NCBI RefSeq assembly: GCF_003044305.1
Contig: NZ_PZOX01000005.1
Location: forward strand, 323,493 to 387,492
DNA: 64,000 nt
Direction of reading: 5' to 3'
From: Vitiosangium sp. GDMCC 1.1324
GTDB lineage: Bacteria > Myxococcota > Myxococcia > Myxococcales > Myxococcaceae
Shown: positions 21,098 to 31,526 of the stretch, one piece after another
How positions within the stretch are numbered: position 1 is the first letter of the stretch
Layout: each line of letters begins with the position of its first letter
Position numbers and translations under genes: made by a program
Notes under the pieces: generated by a model
Told to the model about the DNA's origin: nothing
The model's database searches: none
The model's input: the letters and a program-made list of their open reading frames with translations, nothing else

Positions 21098-22279
21098 ATG
21101 GATGTTCCCGCGTCATTGCAGGACTTCTCGCTGCTCCAGGGAGGCCCGTTCCTCCTGCTGCGGCGGCGGTTCCATCTCCTCCGCCCGGGACGTCCAACCC
21201 TGCGCTGGCGCCTGCTCGCCCTCACGCTCCTGGGCTGGCTCCCCCTCCTGCTCCTCACGGCCGTGCGAGGAGAGCCCGCGGCGCTCCGTGCCTTCCTGCT
21301 CGACTACCACGTCCACACCCAGTTGCTGATCTCCCTGCCCGTGCTCATCGCCGCTGAGCGCTATGTCGACAAGCGGCTCGCGCTGGCCGTGCGCCAGCTC
21401 GTCTCCTCGGAGCTGATCGAAGCGGAGAACCTGAGTGCCCTCGACGACGCCGCGCGCAAGGCGCAGCGGCTCCGGAGCCTGGGACTCGTCGAGGCCGGGC
21501 TGCTGCTCGTCAGCTACATGCTCTCCTTCTGGCAACAGCTCCCCAAGCAGCACGTGGAGTGGCTCTTCGCGGACGGCGAGGGACACCTCACCCCGGCCGG
21601 CTTGTGGTACGTGGCGGGGAGCCTGCCCCTCTTCCGGTTCATGGTGCTCTGGTGGCTGTGGCGCGGAGCCGTGTGGGCCCTGTTCCTGTTCCGCGTCTCA
21701 CGGATGCCCCTTGCCCTGAGACCGACCCACCCGGACTTCACGGGAGGCCTGCGGTTCCTGAGTACCTGCCAGAGCAGCTTCTCCGTCGTCGTCTTCGCAC
21801 TGGCCTGCGCTTCCGCCAGTGCCACCCGTCACCTCAACCGGGTGAGCCCCACCGAGGACCCGCTGAGATACGCCAGCCCCCAGCTCGTCCTCGCGCTCAT
21901 TGCCTTCATCCTCGTGTTCGCACCGCTGCTGCCCTTCGGGATCCCTCTCCTGAGAGCGAAACGGCGCGGAGTGCTCCAGTTCTCCGCGCTGGCGGCCCAC
22001 CACTCGCGGGACTTCGAGCGCAGGTGGTTCGACCCCCAGGGCGGCCCACAGGGCGCTCCGGGCAACTCCGAGCGCCCTCTCCTGGGTGCCGCCGAGTTCT
22101 CCTCGCTCGCTGACCTGGGAACATCATTCGACGTCACGCACCGGATGCGGCTCATCCCGTGGGGCCGCCGGCCGCTCCTGAGCGTCGCCGCCGCGGCCCT
22201 GGCGCCCCTGGTGCCGCTACTCATCGTGGACCGGCAGTTCCTCGCCCTCGTGTTGCAACTCATCCAGAACCTGCTCTGA
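21098..22279 (+). CDS. polytopic membrane protein, Trp/Leu-rich, function unknown
   Basis: ATG at 21098. Multiple hydrophobic helices (LALTLLGWLPLLLLTAV, LVLALIAFILVFAPLLPFGI and others). Confidence 0.55.
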   Translation: MDVPASLQDFSLLQGGPFLLLRRRFHLLRPGRPTLRWRLLALTLLGWLPLLLLTAVRGEPAALRAFLLDYHVHTQLLISLPVLIAAERYVDKRLALAVRQLVSSELIEAENLSALDDAARKAQRLRSLGLVEAGLLLVSYMLSFWQQLPKQHVEWLFADGEGHLTPAGLWYVAGSLPLFRFMVLWWLWRGAVWALFLFRVSRMPLALRPTHPDFTGGLRFLSTCQSSFSVVVFALACASASATRHLNRVSPTEDPLRYASPQLVLALIAFILVFAPLLPFGIPLLRAKRRGVLQFSALAAHHSRDFERRWFDPQGGPQGAPGNSERPLLGAAEFSSLADLGTSFDVTHRMRLIPWGRRPLLSVAAAALAPLVPLLIVDRQFLALVLQLIQNLL

Positions 22280-22296
22280 AGCGCGCCGCGCCCCAC

Positions 22297-24318
22297 TCAG
22301 CGAGGCGCGAGCTTGGGGGCGGATGCCTTCTCGTTCCGCTCGATGCCCGGTGCAACGGGCAGGGTGAAGAAGAACGTGGTCCCCCGCCCGAGGGTGCTCT
22401 CCGCCCAGATGCGTCCCCCATGGGCCTCGACGATGCCCTTGGCGATGTAGAGTCCCAGGCCCGCGCCCCGCCGGTCCGTGGGCCTCTCCTGCCAGAAGCG
22501 GTCGAAGAGCCGGGAGAGGTGCATCGGCGCGATTCCCTTGCCCGTATCCGAGACCGAGAAGCACACCTCGCTGTCGCGGCGCTCGGCGCCAATACGGATG
22601 TGGCCACCAGGGGGCGTGAACTTCACGGCGTTGCCGAGGAGGTTCGAGAAGACCTGCAGAATCCTGCCCCGGTCGGCCATGACCAGCGGAAGCGCCTCGG
22701 CCAGTTCGGTCCGCAGCTCGAGGGATGCTGCGGACGCCGCCGCGGTGAACAACTGGACTGCCCCGGCCACCAGCTCCCCCGGCGCCACGCATTCACGCTC
22801 GAGGTGAAGCCCTTGCTTCTCGATTCGCGCCACGTCCAGCAGGTCCTCGATGAGTCGATTCGCCTGGTGGATGTGCCGTTCAATGGTCTCCGCCGCCTTG
22901 TGGACGGTTCTTCCCGGGTCGTCTTGCGGCACATTACGCCGGAGCGCCGCCGCGGCGAGCCCGACCGCCTGGAGCGGATTGCGAAGGTCATGCGCGACGA
23001 TACTGAGCACCTCGTCCCTCGCGGCAACGGCCTGCTGTGCGGCCCGATAGAGGCGCGCGTTGTCGACCGCCAGGGCCGCACGGCGGGCCAACTCCTCGCC
23101 CAGCCGAAGGTCCTCCGGGTCGTAGTGACGGCGCGAGTCCGTGGAAACGACGAGGAGGACTCCCACCAGGTGCCCATGGGCCAGGAGCGGAAGTCCCATG
23201 AAGGAAGTGGGATGGAGCTGGCGGAGCAGCTCGAGGTGCTCGGGCCCCTGGGCAATGGACTGGAGGACTTCCGCGGAGACGTCGGACACCAGTATCGGCT
23301 GTTTCGTCTCGAAGATCTGACAGTAGAGAGAGCCCCTGTTTCGGTCCAGCGGCACCTGCTCGAGCGCGGCTGCGAGCTGCACCCTGGCGGGCTCCCGGTG
23401 AACGACGCGGAGCCGATGGAGCTGCCCCCCCTCCTCCACGATGTCGATGATGCAGGCGTCCGCCAGGAAGAGAACCGCGAGCTGGGCAATGCGGGTGAGG
23501 ACCTCCTGGTAGTCCAGGGTCGCGGCGAGGACGCTTCCGACCTCCACCAGGAATCGCTGGTCGCGCTCGACGCGGGCGCGCTCGGTGATGTCGCGCAGCA
23601 CGACGTTGAAGAGCACCTTCCCCCCGACTTTCAGCTTCGAGATGGCGGCCTCCGCGGGGAACTCCTGGCCGCTCTTGCGCAGGCCGAAGATGGCGGGGCG
23701 ATGCTCGCCCATGTATCGCGCTTTCACGGGCCCGGCCGCGAACTCACGCATGTGCTGCCGGTGAATCTCCCGGAATCGCTCTGGCAGCAGGATGTCGAGC
23801 GGCCTCCCGAGGATCTCGTCACTCCGCCAACCGAAGATGCTCTCGGCGCCTTCGTTGTAGATGACGATGTGTTGCTCCTCATCGACCGAGATGACGGCGT
23901 CCAGGGCGATGGAGACAATCCCCGCGAACTTCGCCTCTGACTCGCGAAGCGCCTCCTCCACGAGCTTGGCGCCCGTCCGGTCAACGCCCACCAGATAGAC
24001 GAACTCCGGCGTTCCGTCGGGGCGCCTCGACACCTGCGCCGACCAGGCAATCCACCTGCGCTCCCCCGCCTTCGTGAACACGACGGATTCCTGAGGGGGA
24101 GACTTGCCTTCCAGGAGCTGGGTGAGAAGGCGCCTGGCGGACTCGGCCCTGTCTGAAGCGGGATTGAACTCTCCGACCTTCCGGCCCCGGACCTCCTCGA
24201 AGTCATACCCGAGCAACTCCGAGCACGCCCGGTTCCACAGGAGGACCCGCCCCTCCCGGTCGAGGACGACCACGAGGGGCTCCCTCATCTCCAGGAGCCT
24301 CACATCGAAATCCATCAT
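22297..24318 (-). CDS. cytoplasmic PAS-PAS-GAF sensor histidine kinase
   Basis: Start at MMDFD after GGGAGAGG. H-box (IVAHDLRNPL) and HATPase_c motifs (SDTGKGIAPMHLSRLFDRF, GAGLGLYIAKG). Two PAS-like segments plus a GAF-like middle region. Confidence 0.8.
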   Translation of the reverse strand: MMDFDVRLLEMREPLVVVLDREGRVLLWNRACSELLGYDFEEVRGRKVGEFNPASDRAESARRLLTQLLEGKSPPQESVVFTKAGERRWIAWSAQVSRRPDGTPEFVYLVGVDRTGAKLVEEALRESEAKFAGIVSIALDAVISVDEEQHIVIYNEGAESIFGWRSDEILGRPLDILLPERFREIHRQHMREFAAGPVKARYMGEHRPAIFGLRKSGQEFPAEAAISKLKVGGKVLFNVVLRDITERARVERDQRFLVEVGSVLAATLDYQEVLTRIAQLAVLFLADACIIDIVEEGGQLHRLRVVHREPARVQLAAALEQVPLDRNRGSLYCQIFETKQPILVSDVSAEVLQSIAQGPEHLELLRQLHPTSFMGLPLLAHGHLVGVLLVVSTDSRRHYDPEDLRLGEELARRAALAVDNARLYRAAQQAVAARDEVLSIVAHDLRNPLQAVGLAAAALRRNVPQDDPGRTVHKAAETIERHIHQANRLIEDLLDVARIEKQGLHLERECVAPGELVAGAVQLFTAAASAASLELRTELAEALPLVMADRGRILQVFSNLLGNAVKFTPPGGHIRIGAERRDSEVCFSVSDTGKGIAPMHLSRLFDRFWQERPTDRRGAGLGLYIAKGIVEAHGGRIWAESTLGRGTTFFFTLPVAPGIERNEKASAPKLAPR

Positions 24319-24590
24319 GGGGCGGACCTCTCCCGGGCCGCACCGACTGCACGGGCTCAACGCTCGCCGCTGTCCTCAAGGGTGAGCATCCCGGCCGGGC
24401 CTTGCCATGCCCGGCGTCCCCTTCGGCCAGGCGAGCCCCCAGCCGGATGTCTTCAAGACGCACATGGCAAGAAGCCCATCAGCCAGGCGAGCGGGGAGGA
24501 GCGGGCGAAGCCCCGAACCGAGACCCATGCATGCACCGGAGGGCAGCCGGGCGCTTCGCGGACTGGAGGACAAGACCCGCTCCGCGCAGC

Positions 24591-25520
24591 TCAGCGCGAC
24601 TTCGTCACCAGGAGCACGGCGAGCAGGAGCGCGCTGCCCGCCCCCGCCACGACGACGAAGGGCTTGCGCAGACCCTCTCCCAGCGCGGCCAGGATGCCGC
24701 TGGACACCTCGCGGCCCGCTCGCTGAAGAACTCCCCCGACCGGAATGGACTCGCCCAGGGAGCGCACCTGGTGGACCAGCTCCCCGGTGGCGCCCCGCAC
24801 GCATGCCGCGGCGATCTGCTCGGCCGTGCCTTCCAGGGCCCGGCCCAGCCTCCCCTCCTCCTTGCCCCACCGGGCCCGCAGCTCCGTGTCGAGCTGGTCC
24901 ACGAGCGCGTGAACGAAGCGACGCCCCGCATGCTCGAGGAACTCGGCCAATGCATCGCTCTTCTCCGCCGCCTTCGCGCCGAGTCCCTCGATGAAACCAG
25001 CCCCTACCTGCGACGAGAGCTCGGCCGCCACTGGCACCAGCTCCTGCATCGAGTCGTGGACCTGTCCCAGCACGCCCCGCACCGCTCCTGCGGCGGTGAG
25101 CCGGGCGCGCATCTCGACCGTGTGAAGCTCCGTCTCCCGGTTCGCCTCGACCCTGATGGAGCGCTCGAGCAACTGGTTCAGACGCACCACCACCTCACGG
25201 GAGAGCACATCCACGCCGGGCATCAAGCGCCGCAGCTCCTCGACCGCTCCCCGCACCGCGCTCTCCGCGACGAGGCGCGACCACTCCTCGGGTGGCCGGA
25301 AGGGGCGCCCGGCGGCCTCGTGTGCCATGCGCTCGAGAAGCGTCAACACCTCCTTGAAGACCGCCTGGAGCTGCCCGTCGAGCTCCGGATGCCCCGCCCG
25401 GAGCTCCTCGGTGGCACCGCGCACCGCGCCGCTGGCGATTCCCTGGGCCGCGAGGCGCTCGACCGACAGGGTGAGTTGCCTCAGCAGCTCGACAGGAGAC
25501 AGGCGCGCCTCTTTGCTCAT
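24591..25520 (-). CDS. tail-anchored alpha-helical repeat protein (repeated AVRGA[TV][EG]EL segments, C-terminal TM)
   Basis: GGGAGGAG ribosome-binding site then MSKEARLS. C-terminal TM (FVVVAGAGSALLLAVLLVTKSR). The opposite-strand ORF 24402..25571 is H/R/Q-rich junk. Confidence 0.6.
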   Translation of the reverse strand: MSKEARLSPVELLRQLTLSVERLAAQGIASGAVRGATEELRAGHPELDGQLQAVFKEVLTLLERMAHEAAGRPFRPPEEWSRLVAESAVRGAVEELRRLMPGVDVLSREVVVRLNQLLERSIRVEANRETELHTVEMRARLTAAGAVRGVLGQVHDSMQELVPVAAELSSQVGAGFIEGLGAKAAEKSDALAEFLEHAGRRFVHALVDQLDTELRARWGKEEGRLGRALEGTAEQIAAACVRGATGELVHQVRSLGESIPVGGVLQRAGREVSSGILAALGEGLRKPFVVVAGAGSALLLAVLLVTKSR

Positions 25521-25558
25521 CGCTCCTCCCGGAGAAGACGCTCGGCCCTGCCGGAGAC

Positions 25559-26614
25559 TCACCAGATGTAACGGAGGATGAGCTGGCCATAGTAGAGCGT
25601 GGGCCTGCCGGACTTCGCGGGGTTGCCATCCGAGTCGCGACCGATGCGGGACTCCGCGTGGAGCACGGCCACGCCGCCCAGACCGAACTGCAGGTTGGGC
25701 CGCCCCGAGTAGTAGAGGCCGAGGCCGACCGAGCTGGTGTTCAGGTTCGTGCGGGCCAGCGCCACCTCCGACTGGTAGCCCGCGGTGAAGAGGTACTCGC
25801 CCATCAGCGCCAGGGGGACGCCGAGCGGCTTGAAGTCCGCCGAGAGCGCGGCCGCCAGATCGACGCGGGTGGAGGTGGAGTACTGGTCGACGCGATCGCC
25901 CAGGACGGAATCGAAGGGCCTGCGCGAGCGCCAGATGCGCGTGGCCGAGGCCGAGGCCTGGAACCCCATGACGGACCCCCCGAGCGCCTGGGCCAGGAAC
26001 AGGCCGCCATTCGCCGAGTACTCGGAGGTGGGTACGGTGACGAGCTCGCCCAGGCGGCCACGCAGGATGTCCTCCAGCGTCGCGCCCGGGGTGTCCAGGA
26101 TGGAGGTCACGAGTGTAAACAGCGAGAGCTCCCGGCCCTGCTGGTAACCGCCGCCACCGCGCAGCGACAACTGAGTGCCGCTCGAGTCGAGGTGAAGCAG
26201 CCGCACCACGAGACCGCCGTCGCCGCCCGCCTGGAAGTTGGCGCCATCCGAAAGGAACGAGCCCACCGTCAGGCCGGCGTAGAGGGTGCCTCGCGCCTGA
26301 CCCCACAGACCAAGCCAGCGGGTGAGCCGCACGCCCAGGTCCAGCGTCTGCTGGTAGCCCGTGAGTGACACGTCCACCGTCCCCAACCTGCCGATGGGCA
26401 GATCCGGCACGTCGTACACCGCCGCGCCCGAGCGGAGGCCCACGTAGCTGGAGACGAAGGCGCTCTGCTGGAGCATGGGAAAGAGGAAGTTGTGGCCCCC
26501 GAGCTGGTGCGAACGGCCCTGGCCACACTCGCACGCCGGCGGCTCCCGGGCAGCCGCGCTCTCCGCAGGCGCCACGTTCAAGGCAAGAAGCAACGCAATC
26601 GCGGTCAGGTTCAT
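25559..26614 (-). CDS. outer-membrane beta-barrel protein
   Basis: Signal peptide (MNLTAIALLLALNVAPAESAAA). Alternating amphipathic strands. Terminal ...LILRYIW aromatic. 38 nt upstream of the 24591..25520 gene. Confidence 0.65.
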   Translation of the reverse strand: MNLTAIALLLALNVAPAESAAAREPPACECGQGRSHQLGGHNFLFPMLQQSAFVSSYVGLRSGAAVYDVPDLPIGRLGTVDVSLTGYQQTLDLGVRLTRWLGLWGQARGTLYAGLTVGSFLSDGANFQAGGDGGLVVRLLHLDSSGTQLSLRGGGGYQQGRELSLFTLVTSILDTPGATLEDILRGRLGELVTVPTSEYSANGGLFLAQALGGSVMGFQASASATRIWRSRRPFDSVLGDRVDQYSTSTRVDLAAALSADFKPLGVPLALMGEYLFTAGYQSEVALARTNLNTSSVGLGLYYSGRPNLQFGLGGVAVLHAESRIGRDSDGNPAKSGRPTLYYGQLILRYIW

Positions 26615-26889
26615 GGCCCGGATATGAGGCCCGGGCACACGCGCGACACCTGCTTGCGAGGCGGGGCGGGAAGCGGAGTGGTGAACGCTGGCGGAAGGAT
26701 GCCTGTCCACACAGCAGGCATCGCCCGTCCACCTCGCGACACCCCATGGCCCTGGAGTGCCGGGAGCCCGCGAGGGAGCGGAGACAGGCAGGTCACCCCT
26801 GGACTCCTCGAACGAGCACACCCGGATGTCCCCTCGCGAATGAACACCCCATGTTTCACGGCCAGAAGCACCCTGTACCGGAGCCGCAC

Positions 26890-28770
26890 ATGAGCCAGCG
26901 GGGCACAACCACGGACAGACGCTCCTCCTTCATTCCGTTCCTGGCCTCGATGCGGGGTTACCGCCCGAGCTGGCTGAAGCGAGACCTGGTGGGAGCGCTC
27001 ACCATCACGGCCCTCCTCATCCCCGAGGGCATGGCGTACGCCCAGCTCGCCGGCGCACCACCCCAGGCGGCCTTCTATGCGTGCCCGGTGGCCCTGGTGC
27101 TCTACGCCCTGCTGGGCAGCTCGCGTCAGCTCGTGGTGGCCGTCTCCGCCACGGTGGCCGTCCTCTCCGCCGCCACCATCAGCGCGCTGGCGCCTTCGGG
27201 CTCGGCCCACTTCCTCGCCCTCACCGCTGGCCTGGCCATGCTGGCGGGCCTCATCTCCCTGCTCGCGGGCGTGCTGCGGCTCGGGCGCATCGCCCAGTTC
27301 TTCTCCCCTTCCGTCCTCACCGGCTTCGTCTTCGGACTGGCGCTCGTCATCGCCATCAAGCAGGTGCCCAAGCTCTTCGGATTGAAGGGCGCCGAGGGCG
27401 GATTCTTCGAGCGGCTGTGGTTCGTTCTCACCCACCTCCCGCGGACCCACCTGCCCACGCTCCTGGTGGGCGCGAGCTGCCTGGTGCTGCTGGTGGTCCT
27501 CGAGCGCATCTCGGAGCGCCTCCCCGCGGCCCTGGTGGTCCTGGTGCTGGCCATCCTCGCCTCCCATCTGCTCGGCCTCCAGGCGCGGGGGGTGGAGGTG
27601 GTGGGGAACATCCCTTCCGGGCTCGTGGCGCCACGGCTGCCGGGCATGAAATGGAGTGACGTGCTGACCCTGCTGCCGGGAGCGTGCGGCATCGCGCTGG
27701 TGGCCTTCGCGGAGGCCATCGGCCCGGCACGCATGCTGGGGGCCCGGCATGGCTACCCGGTGAATCCCAATCAGGAGTTGATCGGCCTGGGCTGCGCCAA
27801 CCTGGGCGCCGGTCTCTTCCAGGGCTTCTCCGTCGGCTGCAGCCTGTCCAAGTCAGCGGCCAATGATCAGGCGGGAGCCCACAGCCAGCTCTCCTCCCTG
27901 GTGGCGGCCGGCTTCACGCTGCTGGTGGCACTCTTCTTCACGCCCCTCTTCCGGGCCCTGCCCGAGGCCACCCTGGGCGCCATCGTGGTGGTGGCCGTGT
28001 CGGGGATGATGGAGGTGGGCGAGCTGCGGCGGCTGTCCCGGCTGCGCCGTGTCGACTTCCTCGTGTCGATGACCGCCCTGCTGGGCGTGCTCGTCCTCGA
28101 CGTGCTGCCGGGCCTGCTCCTCGCGGTGGGCCTCTCCCTGTTCCTCACCGTCTATCGCGCCAGCCTCCCCCGGCTGAGCGAGCTGGGGCGGGCCGCGGGC
28201 ACCCTGGACTTCGTCGACATGCGGCACGACCCCTCGGCGCGTTCCCTGCCTGGGCTGAAGGTCCTCCGCCCCAACGAAGGCATCTTCTTCGCCAACGCCG
28301 AGTCCCTCCGCGAGGAGATCCTGGAACACGTGCGGCGCGGCCCCCTCTCGGTCCAGGCCGTGCTGTTGGATCTGGAGGTGACGACGGATCTGGACGTGCC
28401 CGGAGCCGACATGCTGGCCGGCCTTCACGAGGAGCTGGAGAGCCGGGGGGTGACGCTGATGCTGGCGCGGGCCATCGCTCCCACGCAGGAGATGATGGAG
28501 CGCACCGGCGTGCTGGAGAAGGTGGGCCGAGACCACCTCTACCCGCATGTGCTGGGCGGGGTGGTGGACTATCTGGCCCGGCACGCACCCCACGCTCGGG
28601 ACGAGCGGGCGTTCTTCCACGACGGCCTGCACCGGCTGGGCACCCTGGCGGAGGAGGTCGAAGCCTCCATGCCGGACGAGGAGCGCGAACAACTGGAGCG
28701 GATGCGGCGGGAGCTCCGCCAGGCCGAGTCCGCGCTGGAAGAGCCACCCCACGGAGGCAGCGGACCATGA
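26890..28770 (+). CDS. SulP-family sulfate/inorganic-anion permease with a C-terminal STAS domain
   Basis: TM core (ALTITALLIPEGMAYAQLAG..., SulP signature region). STAS-like segment (LDLEVTTDLDVPGADMLAGLHEEL). An alternative ATG lies at 26851. Upstream ORF extension 26365.. is R/P-rich junk. Confidence 0.8.
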   Translation: MSQRGTTTDRRSSFIPFLASMRGYRPSWLKRDLVGALTITALLIPEGMAYAQLAGAPPQAAFYACPVALVLYALLGSSRQLVVAVSATVAVLSAATISALAPSGSAHFLALTAGLAMLAGLISLLAGVLRLGRIAQFFSPSVLTGFVFGLALVIAIKQVPKLFGLKGAEGGFFERLWFVLTHLPRTHLPTLLVGASCLVLLVVLERISERLPAALVVLVLAILASHLLGLQARGVEVVGNIPSGLVAPRLPGMKWSDVLTLLPGACGIALVAFAEAIGPARMLGARHGYPVNPNQELIGLGCANLGAGLFQGFSVGCSLSKSAANDQAGAHSQLSSLVAAGFTLLVALFFTPLFRALPEATLGAIVVVAVSGMMEVGELRRLSRLRRVDFLVSMTALLGVLVLDVLPGLLLAVGLSLFLTVYRASLPRLSELGRAAGTLDFVDMRHDPSARSLPGLKVLRPNEGIFFANAESLREEILEHVRRGPLSVQAVLLDLEVTTDLDVPGADMLAGLHEELESRGVTLMLARAIAPTQEMMERTGVLEKVGRDHLYPHVLGGVVDYLARHAPHARDERAFFHDGLHRLGTLAEEVEASMPDEEREQLERMRRELRQAESALEEPPHGGSGP

Positions 28771-29810
28771 CGGCATTCCCAACACTTCGCACCGCTCGCG
28801 CGGTGGCCCTGCCACTGCTGGTCCTGACAGCGCTCGCCGCGAGCACCCCCACCATCGCCCAGGCTCCAACGGCGCAGGTGGATCCACTTCCCTCCTGGAA
28901 CGAGGGAGCGCCGAGGAAGGCCATTCTCGACTTCGTCAAACGTGTCACCACGCCGGGCAGCCCGGACTTCATCCCGGTCGAGGAGCGCATCGCCACCTTC
29001 GACAACGATGGCACGCTCTGGCCCGAGCAGCCCGTCATCCAGGGCGCCTTCGCGCTCATGCAACTCCAGAAGCGCGTCGCGAAGGATCCCTCGCTCAAGC
29101 AGAAGCCCGCGGTCAAGGCCGCCCTCGACGGAGACCTCGAGTACCTCACCCGGGCCGGTGAGAAAGCGGTGCTGGAACTGCTGGCGATCACCTCCGCCAA
29201 CATGACCAACGAGCAATTCGACCAGGAGGTCCGCGACTTCTTCCAGACGGCGAAGCACCCGAAGCTCGGCGTGCCCTACACGCAGCTCGCCTACAAACCC
29301 ATGGTGGAGCTGCTGGAGTACCTCCGCGCCAACGGCTTCCGTACGTACCTCTGCTCGGGGGGTGGCATCGACTTCATGCGGGTCGTCTCCCAGCGGATGT
29401 ATGGGATTCCACCGGAGCAGGTGATCGGCAGCTCCCTGAAGAAGGAGTTCAAGACCCAGAACGGCAAGTCCGAGCTCTGGAGGAAGCCCGAGCCCGGCGC
29501 GGTCAACGACAAGGAGACCAAGCCGGTGAACATCGATCTGCACATCGGGAAGCGTCCGGTGCTCGCGGCCGGCAACGAGCGCAGCGGTGGAGACATCGCG
29601 ATGCTCGAATACTCCCAGGGCCGAGAGGGGCCCTCGCTCCAACTCCTCGTCAACCACGACGACGGTCAGCGGGAGTTCGCCTACCAGGAGAAGGACAACG
29701 CCTCGCTCAACGCCGCCCGGACACACGGCTGGACGGTCGTGAGCATCAAGAACGACTGGAAGACTGTCTTCGCCCCTCCGCCCCCAGGCGCGAGTGGCCA
29801 GAAGCCGTGA
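28767..29810 (+). CDS. secreted HAD-superfamily hydrolase (phosphatase-like)
   Basis: ATGA overlap with the SulP stop. Signal peptide. HAD motif I (FDNDGTLW). Motif IV-like (GNERSGGDIAML). Confidence 0.7.
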   Translation: MTAFPTLRTARAVALPLLVLTALAASTPTIAQAPTAQVDPLPSWNEGAPRKAILDFVKRVTTPGSPDFIPVEERIATFDNDGTLWPEQPVIQGAFALMQLQKRVAKDPSLKQKPAVKAALDGDLEYLTRAGEKAVLELLAITSANMTNEQFDQEVRDFFQTAKHPKLGVPYTQLAYKPMVELLEYLRANGFRTYLCSGGGIDFMRVVSQRMYGIPPEQVIGSSLKKEFKTQNGKSELWRKPEPGAVNDKETKPVNIDLHIGKRPVLAAGNERSGGDIAMLEYSQGREGPSLQLLVNHDDGQREFAYQEKDNASLNAARTHGWTVVSIKNDWKTVFAPPPPGASGQKP

Positions 29811-29949
29811 AGCGTGGATCCCGGCTCCGGGACCCCGCCCCTCCGGGCTGTACGAGCAGCGGGGCTGGCGAGAGTCCCTCCCCGGAGCATGCACATCGTT
29901 CCTGCCAGACCTACCCGGAACCGGGCAACCACGGAGAGGGAGAAACACC

Positions 29950-31425
29950 ATGGCCAGAGCTGCGAAGCCCCCCAACATCCTCGTCATCTTCGGAGACGAC
30001 ATCGGCTACTGGAACGTCAGCGCCTACAACCAGGGAATGCTGGGCTACGAAACGCCCCACATCGACCGTCTGGCGAAGGAAGGAGCGATCTTCACCAATT
30101 ACTACGGGCAGCAGAGCTGTACCGCCGGCCGCGCGGCCTTCATCACCGGCCAGTGCCCCTTCCGCACGGGCCTGACGAAGGTCGGCATGCCGGGAGCCAA
30201 GGTGGGCCTGAGCGACGAGGACCCGACGATCGCCGAGATGCTCAAGCCCCTGGGCTACCAGACGGCCCAGTTCGGCAAGAACCACCTCGGGGACCGGGAC
30301 GAATACCTGCCCACGAACCACGGCTTCGACGAGTTCTTCGGCAACCTGTACCACCTCAACGCGGAAGAGGAGCCCGAGAACCCGGACTACCCGAAGGATC
30401 CCCAGTTCCGGAAGCGCTTCGGTCCGCGCGGCGTCATCCGCTCGTACGCGGAAGGCCGCATCGAGGACACCGGGCCCCTCACGAAGAAGCGCATGGAGAC
30501 GGTCGATGAGGAGTTCCTCGCCGCGGCCCTCGACTACCTCGAGCGGGTGGCGGACTCCGACAAGCCTTTCTTCATGTGGTTCAACACCACGCGCATGCAC
30601 ATCCACACGCACCTGAAGCCGGAGTCCCAGGGCAAGACGGGAATCGGGCTCTATCCCGACGGCATGGTCGAGCACGACGGACACATCGGCCAGCTCCTGG
30701 ACAAGCTCGACGAGCTGGAGCTGAGGGAGAACACCATCGTCATCTACACCACGGACAACGGCGCCATGGTCAACATGTGGCCGGACGCCGGAGCGACTCC
30801 CTTCCGCGGCGAGAAGGACACCAACTGGGAGGGCGCGTTCCGCGTGCCGTGCCTCATCCGCTGGCCCGAGGTCATCAAGCCGGGCACCCGCATCAACGAG
30901 CTCGTCTCGTCCGAAGACTGGCTGCCCACGCTGGTGTCCGCCGCGGGCGACCCGGACGTCAAGGACAAGCTCCTCAAGGGCTACGAAGCCAATGACAAGA
31001 CGTTCAAGGTGCACCTGGACGGCTATGATCAGACCGGGCTGCTCGCGGGGCGGGAACCCTCCCGGCGCAAGGAGTTCTTCTACTTCGGCGATGATGGCGA
31101 GTTGCTCGCGGTGCGCCATGGGCGCCTCAAGGTGGTCTTCGCCGAACAGAAGGCCGAGGGCATCGACGTCTGGTCGACGCCCTTCGTGATGCGCCGGGCG
31201 CCGCTCCTCTTCGACCTGGGAGCGGACCCGTTCGAGCGGGGAGAGGACGGAATCGGCTACCACTCCTGGCTGATCGACCGGGCCTTCATGTTCCTCCCGG
31301 CTCAGCAGGTGGTGGCCCGGTTCCTGGAGAGCTTCAAGGAGTTCCCGCCGCGTCAGAAGGCGGCGAGCTTCACCATCGACCAGGTGCTGGAGAAGCTGGA
31401 GAACGCGCCGCCCCCGGACCATTGA
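29950..31425 (+). CDS. Cys-type sulfatase (arylsulfatase family) with CTAGR formylglycine motif, no signal peptide
   Basis: GGAGAGGGAGA ribosome-binding site. PNILVIFGDDIGYWN...QQSCTAGRAAFITG...GKNHLGD. 491 aa. Alanine sits at the Pro position of the CxPxR motif. Confidence 0.85.
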   Translation: MARAAKPPNILVIFGDDIGYWNVSAYNQGMLGYETPHIDRLAKEGAIFTNYYGQQSCTAGRAAFITGQCPFRTGLTKVGMPGAKVGLSDEDPTIAEMLKPLGYQTAQFGKNHLGDRDEYLPTNHGFDEFFGNLYHLNAEEEPENPDYPKDPQFRKRFGPRGVIRSYAEGRIEDTGPLTKKRMETVDEEFLAAALDYLERVADSDKPFFMWFNTTRMHIHTHLKPESQGKTGIGLYPDGMVEHDGHIGQLLDKLDELELRENTIVIYTTDNGAMVNMWPDAGATPFRGEKDTNWEGAFRVPCLIRWPEVIKPGTRINELVSSEDWLPTLVSAAGDPDVKDKLLKGYEANDKTFKVHLDGYDQTGLLAGREPSRRKEFFYFGDDGELLAVRHGRLKVVFAEQKAEGIDVWSTPFVMRRAPLLFDLGADPFERGEDGIGYHSWLIDRAFMFLPAQQVVARFLESFKEFPPRQKAASFTIDQVLEKLENAPPPDH

Positions 31426-31526
31426 CGGTGACGAGCGGCCCGCCCCCTGTGAGCCATTCCAGGGGGCGGGTCCAGCTCCGGTTCATCTTCTCGCTGCTCT
31501 TCCCGACAAAGAAATAGAGGTTTCCA

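Noticed and set aside
26365-26889. Upstream extension of the SulP ORF (801-aa call) and 31550..32146 upstream extension of the OMP ORF
   Set aside because: The extensions are R/P/G-rich with no signal or TM logic. Internal ATGs with ribosome-binding sites give proteins of canonical length.
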